Shown in pieces: positions 10,212-22,200 of a stretch of 64,000 bases of DNA; the first letter of the stretch is position 1; every line of letters begins with the position of its first letter. A program made the translations under genes and the position numbers. The notes beneath the pieces are model-generated. The model saw nothing but the letters and a program-made list of their open reading frames with translations. It did no database searches and was not told where the DNA came from. This DNA is from Sphaerodactylus townsendi (taxonomy: Eukaryota). The stretch lies in assembly GCF_021028975.2 (NCBI RefSeq), contig NC_059432.1, forward strand, positions 68,386,001 to 68,450,000, read 5' to 3'.

Positions 10212-13200
10212 GTCTGTGGCTTGCCTGATTACTTTAGTGGCGGGGGCTGTTTTTCATAATGCGAAGTGCCAAGGTACTCTTACTTAAGCTGTGATTTAAT
10301 ACAGTAATCTGTCCAGTTGGATTTGGTGGAAATTTCTCCTGTGAAAATAAGCAAAGGATCAGGTTGCAAATCTCATGTGGAGATGTCCAGAAACAGTAAG
10401 ATTATTAGTTAATTTTGCAAGTATGATAACAAGAGCCACAAAGAGTCTGGGGGGTGTCAAATTCATCCATGTTTCAGATGAAATGCTTGTCAGAGCTGAT
10501 GTCACATTCATTAGTGTTGGAAATTTCAGAATGCTATTGCCAGCTGTTTAAATGTTGTTGCAATAGTTGTTCCAGGAGGCACTTTGTAAAAGCAGCAATT
10601 TTCACTTCCACAACCAATACATTATCTTCTACCTGAATAATGATAGTATTCGTACATCTAATTTCTGCTGCTTTGGTAATAACTTTCCTGTTTCATTTTC
10701 TGCAGCAAGATTTACATGGATTACAATGCAACTACTCCTCTGGCAACTGAGGTGATTCAGACAGTTTTTGAAGCCATGCAAGAAGCATGGGGCAATCCTA
10801 GCAGTTCCTATATAGCAGGTGAGAGCCAGCACACTATGAGAGATCTTGTTTTGCATTGAATGGGTCTTCAGCTGAAGCTCACTCCTTTGTTCAAGTCACT
10901 GGCAGTAGGGATTGTCAAGTGACCTGTGCAAGAACAGAGAAATACTTCAGTTGCTGAAGTAATCCAGATGTTCTTCCTCAAAGGAGCTCAGCTATTGCAG
11001 GAACATCACATTTTCCCATGACAGTTCACAGAGCAATCGGCTAATGGAAAAACATGGTGTTTTTTAGTGTGAAATTACAATTGACCTCAGTGCATTTAGA
11101 AGGGTATAACTCTGCTCAGGATTACATTGCTAGTCATGTTCATTCAGTTCGTACACCCTGGATGTTTTTCCATTGTCTGTTTTAGCTAATACATTACTTG
11201 GGTACAGTAACCTATTGTATAAATCATCAAGGCACTGACTATTGCTCTATATTAATGGCAATGAAGGAATAAGTTCCTTCATTCTTACTGGATTCTGTGC
11301 ATTTATTAAAGAAACAGAGATTGGTTATGTATTTATTTTAAACTGTTTTGAGCACTCCTGCACCATAACACTGATTTGAAAGAGAGCTAGCTAATACAAA
11401 AACAACCTAATTTTACTGATCGTATCGAGAAGTTCTGATCTGCTATTGAGTGTATAACTCAGTCGTATTAATGTCATTGGATACATTCTGGCATAAGTGA
11501 TGTGAGAGTCATAGGTCAGATTATTTTCAGTTTTATCCAGATCTTCAAGTTATTGTGATAAAATGGCCTTCTTCTGATAATTTTCTTTCTCAACTATCCA
11601 ATTTTTATCACTTATTGGAACACATGCTTGTGTCAAGACCACAGAGCCAAACTTCTGGATTTTTCCCTCCTATAAAATATTTGTGTTGTATTGGAATAAT
11701 ATTTGCACAGGCATGATGACCTTTCAGTATTGCTATCTTTTGAAGCCTTTTGTTTTCTTAATTATCTGTAAGCTAATTTTTGGGCCTTGATACTACAGGT
11801 CAAAGGGCTAAAGAGATCATCAGTGAAGCTCGTCAAAGTCTGGCTAGAATGGTAGGAGGGCAACCCCAAGACATCATCTTCACTTCTGGTGGAACAGAGG
11901 TGAGATTGAGGAGTTATTAGCTCTGTGCTGACTTGGAGGAGAGGCCAAAAGAGCAATCCATAACACATAAGCTGGTTTTCTGACATTAGAGCTAGTGTGA
12001 TCTACACATTTTGGCCTAGTCATTCTTTTAACTTCACCTTCCCCACATGGTTGTTGTGAGAATACAGTGGAGGAAAGAAGAACTATGTATATCAACTTGA
12101 GCACCTCAGCGGAAGGTGGAATAAAAATATAGACTTTATTTGTAATTTCAGGTTAAACTGAAAAACATCAGTCAGATCAAAAGAAAAGTTAGGCCTCTTA
12201 TGCAGAACAGGTATTGCTTTTATTTAAATCAGGTGACTCACCATATATTAATTTTTTTAGAGGATAGCTATGTTGGGCTACAGTAGACCAGCTAGATTCA
12301 AGTCCAGTAGCACCTTGCAGCACCTTGCAAATTGATTGTGTTACACCAAATAATGGTAGATCTGTTTCTAAGACTGAATCTGGAGTTCATTTGATTGATA
12401 GACTAGTGCATTGCCTTCCAAGGACTACATCTTAAAAATTGGATTTTTGTGTTGTGGAGAAACTAATAGGTGACTCTGGTATTTGTATCCTCTCCTTTTC
12501 TGCAGGCAAATAACTTGGTGATCCACACTGCAGTGAAGTATTTTAGAGAAAGCAACAAGCAGAGGTATGATGAGCATGGCAGTCCAAAGAAAACTCTGGA
12601 GATGTATCCACATTTAATTACATCTTGCATTGAACATGACTCAGTCCTCCTACCTGTGAAGCACTTGATGAAAGAACATGAGGCTGGTGAGCATCAGCCA
12701 CTGTAGAGGATGGTCAAGGATCACAGATTAATGATGCTTCTTATAGCCATTTTACTTTGAACTTCTCTTGATCAGCAGTTACAGCTTTACAGTTCTCAAA
12801 GAGGTGTACGAAATTAAATAAAAATGTAATAAAGCAGCAAAAGCCAGCAAGATAAACTTATTAAGAGTGATGCCTGCCTAAAATTTCAGCCCCCCCAAAA
12901 TGACAGACACACATTAAACGTGAAAGGCAAGGACAGTCTTTGAGTCCTGTTGAAATGGCCACTGTCCAAGATCTGCTGGAGCACAGCTGGTGGTAGATTT
13001 CATAGAGCATTGGTGATCACCACATTAGTTCGACACCGAATCCCTAAATGATCCTTCGGGCCAGATTTTAATGATCAGAAAGCTGCATGTAGGAGAAAGT
13101 GCACCTTCCGCTAACACAAGTGAAAATTGAAAAAGGCATGATAAGCATATGGTTAATTTCCAGTCTAAAGGAATTTCCACTTAAGGAATATTTCTCCCTA

Positions 13201-16200
13201 AAATATTCTTACTGAAGACAAATTCATTGAGCTGTGGCATTAACTTGTTTGAACCCTGATTTGCAGAAGCCACTTTAGTCCCAGTGTCCAAAGCAACTGG
13301 CCAGGTGGAAGTAGATGATGTCATTGCTGCAATCCGTCCAACCACATGTTTGGTTTCTGTTATGCTGGCCAATAATGAGACTGGAGTTATCATGGTGAGT
13401 TGGTCTTTTAGTTAGTATCATCCACATGTTCAAAGAAAAGGGGTCCATCTTTCTGTATGCGACAATGAAACTTAGAGAACAGTTCTAAGCCCATCCAGTC
13501 AGAATCCTCTGTCCAGTTAAGACAGAACTCTGTCGAATATGCATTGGAGAAATTTCACTGGTCTTTTTCTGTCTTTCTCACTGTTCTTCTGCATTAACTC
13601 TTTTTCTCATTATTCCTTTTCATGCTATGACATTAACTAGGCAAGTATTCTGTAGTTTTTTCAGTCAGCCTTATATTAGTTTTTCAGCAGCTAAATATAT
13701 TAAAGTACGCACACAAAATAAAACAGAAACATGGTAGAAAAACAGAAAATAGTAGGCACAGTATCAGATCAAGATAAAACTTAAAAATCTAAATGTCTTC
13801 AATTATTAGGTCAAATCTTATTATGAATCCAGATGATAATTGAAAGCTGAAAGACTCCATGGCTATAGGAAGCTATAATGTGCAAAGTAGCCCTAAGTGG
13901 TCATTTCTCTGTGTAAAATATTCTACAGTGGAATCAAATACCAGCCAGTAGTGTTATCTAGGATGGAGTTGCAGTCTCTCAATAATGTGGGGAAAATTAT
14001 CTCAGAGCAGACTGCTTTTTAATATTGCAAGAGGCTGGGTAGGGAATCTTTAATACCAGTGTATACAAAGCTCAGCTCTTGGAAGAAAATCCACAGAGGG
14101 GAATATAGGCAAATTTGACAATCTTTATTGTAGGGATAAGAGGTTCACAAGCACTTGATTTAATGCAATAAACACAGAGTTCCTAAGATATAAATAAGTT
14201 GGAAAATAGGNNNNNNNNNNNNNNNNNNNNNNNNNNNNNNNNNNNNNNNNNNNNNNNNNNNNNNNNNNNNNNNNNNNNNNNNNNNNNNNNNNNNNNNNNN
14301 NNNNNNNNNNNNNNNNNNNNNNNNNNNNNNNNNNNNNNNNNNNNNNNNNNNNNNNNNNNNNNNNNNNNNNNNNNNNNNNNNNNNNNNNNNNNNNNNNNNN
14401 NNNNNNNNNNNNNNNNNNNNNNNNNAAGAATATCCAGGGTTCAGAACCAAACGGCCAGCATCTGATTCCAGTGGGCAACACATTGGGCACAGTGACAAAG
14501 ACGGAAAGGTGTCTGTGGCACTGGGCAGTTGACCCTTTTGAGGGTAGAATTTTTATAGGGTGAAGAATGGCCTTTGGGAGGTGTCAGGACAACCTCTGGC
14601 AGGTGTCTGGATGGATTGTTTGAGAAACAGTACAGTTCATTGTAAGGTGGTCAGGAGAAGTTAGTTACAGAAGGGAGTATCTGGGTTAAGATAATCAGGG
14701 GAGGCAATGACATCAGGGCTCCTCTTGCTGCTGGAAATGAGTATCCATTCAGCAGGGCTACAGTATCATGTTGAGGGCACATTCTTCTTTGGCTGTGGAG
14801 CTGAAAATGTGCTGCTATGGCAAGCAAGCTGAGAGCTGAGTACAGAAAGAAAGAAAAATTCCTGGAAGTTCCTTGTAGATAGACCTGGCTATTGCCAGAG
14901 AATGGGATCCCCATCTCTGCAGTGCCAGCATCACCCTTTAGGTGATGGGATACTTGTGGCATTAGGGATACTTGTGAATAAGCACTCCCCTGCTATGCCA
15001 GGGCAGTATGATAATAGTAGGACTGTACGACTACTGCTTTTGTCAGAATGAAGCCCCCTGAACTCCTCCCTCCAACAAGGACGCCATCTTGGGATTCCAT
15101 ATAAAGATAGGAAATGCCCATGTGACCTGGACTGTGTGGAATCTGTAACCCACATGTTGTTATACTGTCCCTTCTATGTTCAAGATAGGGAAAAGTATAT
15201 ACCCTATGTATATACCCTATGTATATTCCCTATGTATATACTTTTCCCTATATACTTTTCCCAATACAGTGTATGGGTGCTGGAAGCTGTGGCCAAATTT
15301 TTAAATGGTGTAATCTTAAGTCGTTCTAACGTGTGTTAATTGGAATGCTGTAATGTTACGTTTTTGTTTATTTATATGCCATTAAAGGTATTTGACTTAC
15401 TGAACTCAGACCGTGTTTGTTTTCTCATCAGCCCATCTCAGAACTCAGTCAGCAGATTCAGCCTCTGAACCACAGGAGAGTGGCATCTGGTCTGCCACGA
15501 ATCTTGGTACATACAGATGCAGCTCAGATGATAGGAAAAGGCCAAGTGGATGTGCAGGATCTGGGAGTGGATTACCTCACTATTGTGGGGCACAAGGTAT
15601 GGTTAAAATACCCGTCTCCTCTGCAGTATCCAGGCTTGGGGTTTGTTGGGGAGATTTCTGTCAGGATTTGTTGAAACTTTTCATGTGCATTCAGGGTGTT
15701 GCGCTGTGAGGGAGGGAATTTTCCATTTTCTTATGCCAACCAGTTGACTTTTTTTACATTATAATCTTGTGGTGTACCTAAAAGGGCATGATGTACCACA
15801 ATTAAAGATTGATTTGCGTTTAAGCAATTTCCCCACTAGATGGTGCTAAACGTTCAAGATTTTCATGCTGTGACAGAGCAGTACAATGTTCTGTTATAGC
15901 TTTCTCCTGTTCTCTTTCAGGAGTCATCTAAGGGTTCAGGTAAAACCAAAGATATGATTGTTAAACTAATTGTGGAATTCAAAAGCATGATTATTTTAAA
16001 CACTCAAAGGCATTGACAACAGATGGAGGAAATATGTGGGCCTGTCAATTGCATAATTATAAAGAGATCCCAAAATGGTAGAAGGTGGTCAGCAACAATG
16101 TTTATGGGATCCATATATATTCTCAAGAGTTAATGTTCACTTCTCCACGCTGAGGAAGAACTATTTTTGTGAACCATGTTATTTTTAGTTTTCTTTCTTC

Positions 16201-19200
16201 TGTCTCATGTTAGGATCACTACTTAGTTCTCATCTGGGGTCCCATGTTATCTTTGATTTATTGTTGCAGTTTTATGCCCCACGGATTGGAGCTCTGTACG
16301 TGCGAGGACCCGGTACTGCTACACCTCTCCATCCCATGCTATTTGGAGGTGGACAGGAATATAATTTGCGTCCTGGGTAAGATAGCTGAAGAATGGGTGG
16401 GTTTATAGCCTTTGGGAGGCCAGTACTGTAATCTATGAGTAAAATATCCAGGGATTTTTTCTTTTGAGATTGAAGAGTTGCAAGATAAGGTAGTAAAAGA
16501 TAAGGCAGTAAAATACAGTAATCACTTTGAAGAGGTTTTCCTGTGAGCCTCATGTTCATATACTGGATATACATAGGCCAGTAACTTGAAGGCTCTTATG
16601 TTGAAAAATTGATATTGCTTAGCTCATTGACCATGTTATCAAGTTTAAGGGTATGCCAAAACAGTTCTTGTTCAGAAAATTGTCATTCATTGAAAGTGTA
16701 TGTAGTCTATTTATTCATAGCTAGTGCATGGTGAAGAATGTTTTGCAATGTTTGAAGGTTTTCATAGATGTTAAATAATTCTCTACTGGGTTTGGAACTT
16801 GTTTAGAGAAAAGCCCACAATTATAGCCAATACCAGAACTTTTTAGTTAACAAGATAAGATCTCTTTTTCCACTGAATAACTGAGCCAGTAGTTCCTGTT
16901 GGGTACTCCACCATCATCACTGTTAGAGTAATTGTTCAAATAGGTATCGCACCTGTGCAGCATGCATTGTTCTGTGGGAATCTACAAGCACTCTTCTCTG
17001 TTCTAGGACTGAAAATACACCAATGATTGCTGGTCTTGGTAAGGTGAGCTAACCTGTAATAATAAGACTATTGATGCTATCTTTGTTATTATCTTTGTTG
17101 TCCAGCTTGCACTTGTATGTTGTCGTCTTTCACTAAAATACAATTTGGAGAAAAAAGCACATATTCTTGTAGCAAGGCTGGGTTAAAAACTTAGATCCAG
17201 TGTTGCTGTCATATTTATTGAAAGTCTGCAGCAACACAACATAGCTGGGATTTTCCCTTGGCAGTTCACTTCTGTTTAGTTCTGCTTTTATGCCAAAGTA
17301 AGGGCAGATTTTGTGTTATGTTATTTTGATTGATAGGTGGAGCAAGAGCTCCCAGTGTGCATTATTTGCATGCCCATGCAGAGCAGGGATGGAGGAAATA
17401 GCTTGTTGCAGATTCAAGAGATTTCCCAATATTTGAGGGGCCACTTGTTGAGGGCTAGATGAAAGGTAACAGGCTGTGATTCTAAGAGTGTTGTTTAGAG
17501 CAGTTGGGGAAACTGTACAGTAACTGCAATTATGCAGGCAGCCTTTCAGTAGGGATATCACACTAGCTGTTAAATATATGGGGCAGGGGTGCAGAGTATT
17601 CTAAACAGTGTTCTAAAATGCCTCATGGAGAACATATGCAGATTTTCTTGTCTCTAAGGGAGCAGTATATATATATGGGTACTGGGCTTCATTTTAGCTG
17701 ATGGTTCCCTTGGAGATGAATGGGAGAATGCTCATGCAAAATTTTTCTGTGTAGATTTTCTACTATCCCTGATAAACTAATCCCTTAGATCAATATAGGG
17801 AGAGGCATTTCAGAGACCTGTAGGATTATATTTAGATAGGTTAACAGTGCTATCCCAGCCCTTCATCTGGTAACTGGTCACTTGCTTTAATTCCATTGGT
17901 GTGGACATTCTAGGGACATATTATTCTCCTGCTTTATTTGTCAAACTTGCTGCACCAAGAAACATAGTTTTTCTTTTGCAGGCAGCAGAACTGGTGAACA
18001 AGCACTGTAAAGCATATGAAACTCACATGAAGAAAATCCGGGATTACCTGGAAGAGAGGCTGACAGTAAGCACCCTTTTGTGCCTTGATTTGCAACCTTT
18101 GTGGGGGAAAGGATATGGTTTCAGGAAAACTGCTTATTTATTTAGATATTTATATCTGGCTTGTCATTGTTGTGTCTACAGTGCAGTCTCGCATGGCCAA
18201 TGTGTGCCAATGCGTGCCTGCAAAGAAGACAATCAACGAACAACTTTTACAGGTAAGTCCAACTTTGTTTTCTTCCCCCTGGGGGAATCAGTAATTGAAA
18301 AGTATTCTTTTTAATATTCCAGGCTGTGTTTGAAGAACAAGGAATCCATTTCAACTGTCGACTGGAAGGCTCTAGGCGACTTTGCAACACCAGTAATTTT
18401 TCTATACTGGGCTCAGGATTGCAAGGTAACCCACTTTGCACCATTTCTGTATGGCTGCTGTCAGACCCAGAACATGTCATCCATATTCAACACAAAATAA
18501 ATGTTAATTTTGTTTGTCCAGTCCAGGAATGCATTGCTGGTCCAGTAATCTTTCTATTTGGACTAAACTACATTTTACTTCGATACATTTTAAAATTTTA
18601 TTTTGGGGCAAAAAAATTCTCCCCAGGGGCCATTTTCAGCTTGGGAAAAATTATTGGAAAGGCAGGAATTCCCCTTACACACCACAGTCCCGTGCAAGAT
18701 CGCCCCCCCTACGACTTTTAGAACAAAGTTTCCCGCAGGTGCTCTGGGGTTGGGGAAAACAAGGGTGCTCTGGGAAACCCATACCCAATTTGTTAAATGT
18801 ATTGTATATTTTGGCCATCTTGTCTGCTTGAAACAGGATGCTTGCTATGTTATTTAGAAAAGCATTCATCTCCTAGAAGAGTACTGAGAGGCTAAAATCA
18901 ATGGCCGATTACACACAAAGTTTATTTATTTATTACTTAGATTTATTCCACACCCTACCCCCAAAGGGCTCAGGGCAGCAACAACAATAAAAACTATTAC
19001 AATAAAACAGAAACAATCTTAATAAATAATTTAAAACAGTATAAAAATTTAAAACAGTGTAAGAGCTCAAAAACGGATGGCGACTTTCACTCACTTTATC
19101 CCCCCCCCCCCCCCGAAGCCAAAACAGATGACAAGCAGATGAAACTAGGGTTGGAGATTCGGACAGTCCAAATCCGAATTTTTACCGAATCTGCACGGAT

Positions 19201-22200
19201 TCGGACGGATTCGGACGAGCAGGAGCCGAATCTGAGCTGTCCGAATCCTAACAGATCCGAATCCATGGGATTCGGATTACCAGCCGAATTGCGTTTTTAT
19301 TTTTTGGTGTTTTTTTCACATTTCGGCCTGCAGGGGAGACATTTTTAAACATATCAGCACCAAATTTTCAGGGTATCATCAGGAGACTGATAGGGACACC
19401 CCAAAAGTGGTGTCCCTATCCCCCATTCTTTCCAATGGGAACTAAGGAGATGAGGGCTACCCTTTTCAGGGTCCATAACTTTGGCCCCCCTGAACCAAAC
19501 TGCACCAAACTTGGAGGGTATCATCAGGACAGTCTCCTGATGATACACTGAAATATTGGTACCGATACATCTACAAATGCACCCCCTGCAGGCACCCCCA
19601 GAAATTTGCACAAGATTCTTTGTTCTGCAGTGACTTAGCTGCATTGCTGTCAATAGGGAATTTCTGAGGGGGCTGTGGAGTGCATTTGTAGATGTATCTT
19701 CAGGAGAGTCTCTGGATGACACCATCCAGGTTTGGGGAACTTTACTTCCAGGTGGAAGTGGGAGATGGCCCCACCCCTTTGGGTCCCATAGAATTAAACC
19801 CCTGAAGCAATTTCCCCAAACCCGGATGGTGTCATCCAGAGACTCTCCTGAAGATACCCTGAAAGTTTCCTAGATGGGAAACCCGATGTGGTAAAAAACT
19901 GGCTGGCCTATGAAAAAGCCCGGCGGAACAGGTCCATCTTGCAGGCCCTGTAGAAGCCACTTAGGTCCCTCAGGGCCCTAACCTTAGAAGGGAGCATGTT
20001 CCACCAGGTGGGGACCCAGACTGAAAAGGTCCTGGCCCTCATCGTGGCCAGCTGGATGGTTTTTGGGCCAGGGACTACTAGAAGATTCTCCTCTGAGGAG
20101 CCTGCTTGTGTGCTATTTGCTGTGTGCTGGAGGAGAATGTCCATCGCAACCAGGTTTCTCTTACAGAGGTATTTCCTCTAGCCCCACTTTCACTTTCCAC
20201 TCTCTGGGGCAATCAGACCCACTTACAGCATGATTATAATTTTGCTTTGCTGCAAGAGCAGGACAGCTTTGCCCTGGATCTCTTCTCTCCACCTGCAGCC
20301 AGCTTACCTAGTCTTACCCCCCCGGCGCTGCTTTGCACGCTTTCCCCTTGCCCTCCTCCCTGTTGCCAACTACTTATTGCTTCTTATCCTGCCGTATAAT
20401 TTCTATTGCCCATGGTCTCCCCACTCCTGCATATCTTTAGATTTTAAAAAATCAGAAAACTATATCGATAGATTGATTAATCAATACTGACACTTAAAAT
20501 ATGTAAAAAATAAGACTAGTTGACCAGTCCAAACGCCCGATTTGCCTCTGCATTTTATCAACAGCCTCGTAGTTTTATACACAAGTAATCAGTGATTCCA
20601 GACCACACTGGGAAAAGCCCGTCAGTCTTGACGCTTGGGTTTACAGCACATCGGAAGACAGATGATCATGAACCTGCGGAACTAGCAAATGGCAGTTCAC
20701 ATTGTCCTTTGGGGGTTTTGCAGTTTGCATGCTGCCATTACTCCCTCGTCACTTCCCACCATAAAAGACAATCAGTGTTCAGGCAAAGTGTACAGATGCC
20801 GTACTCAAGACTTTTCTTTAATAATTTGCCTTTTCTATGTCAATGTGTCGATCTATTGATAGGTTGATAGAATGATATATTAATCTATTGATAATATTAA
20901 AAATAAAAATTAAAGACTCCATTAAAAATTAAAGAACACATGCATGATAGATATCCTTCAAAACATCCACACCACCACCACCCCTGCCTGGATGCAAGCA
21001 AAAAGCCACCTGGTGGGTAATGCCTGCCCCGCTGCAAACAGGGCAGTGGGTAATAATACCGAACGTGCCCTGAAACAAAGACTCCCCGGACAGTTTGAAG
21101 TCGCAGAAACCTGGCCGTGCGTAATCGGCCAATGTAACAGTTTTTATAAATGCATAATGGTAAAAGTGTGAACTTTTTACATGAAATATGAAATGCTCAA
21201 GCTTAAATGTTGAGCTTCAGCCTTTTAAATTTCTTAATATGAATTTTAGGCTTGTCAGGAAGCATTCCAATTTTGAACATACACACACCTGTACCTGACT
21301 TTTGCCATTAAAACTCCACTTTTTTCTTGTAAATATACATTTATTAAACAATTGTAAATGTATGATGTCAGTTGAGCTTTTTTATACATGCACATCTGCC
21401 ACACTAGTAAGAAGCCAGTCCTGGCCTAGTGTGGGTGGGGTGCTGGGCAGGTTGGCTTGGTTGTATATCTTGGCTGCTGACACAAAGGCTGTTGAAAGCA
21501 CATCCCGTGGTTGTTCATACACAAAGAGTCTTTGTACCTCTTATGAGATGAGTGAGGATCTCTGCCTTGACTTCTCTGCAGGTCGACTGGTGCTGTCTCG
21601 GTGTGGGACTCTCCTTGCCAGCGTTGGTGCTGCATGCCACTCTGAGAGGGGTGATGAGTAAGGAAGCGTATTGGTGAAACTGGGTATACTGGATTGGAGG
21701 GAAGAAGCCAAGACTGCAGAGGAAAGGATATAGAAACGTCGAAAACAATTTCTCGGTTTAGAACTGCAGCCTCAGATTTATAAATGACTAATGCTGTTGA
21801 GAATATCCCCAAAATAGCAACATGTAATTCTGTTGTGTGGGACCTGACTGTATTAATTATTTAATTGTGTTATTGGATTTGTACCTTGCCCTTTCCTGAT
21901 GGAAGATAGGCTCAGGGCAGATAACAATGTGAAAATAACAGTCATTTAAAATACCCAATACATTAAAAAAAAACCTCACATCAATTAAAATACCCATTGG
22001 CGCTCCAGAAATACTCAACAATTTCCTGGAATGACCAACCAAGGAGGAATGAACAAAAGGAATGAGTAAAACCCAATCAAAGCAAAACAGCTAAGAAAAT
22101 AAAGATAAATAACAATAGAGGCAGGGAGGCAGCAAAGATTTGACTGTCACTGTCTCAACCAGAAGCTTGGTGGAACATGTCTGTCTTACAAGCTCAGTAG

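Noticed and set aside
14125-14498. Three ORFs spanning the N run
   Set aside because: Artefacts of translating Ns. The gap lies in SCLY intron 5, so it cannot plausibly hide the missing ESPNL exons.
13181-16574. Minus-strand ORFs at 13181-13393 and 16272-16574
   Set aside because: Antisense shadows of SCLY exons with no independent coding signal.
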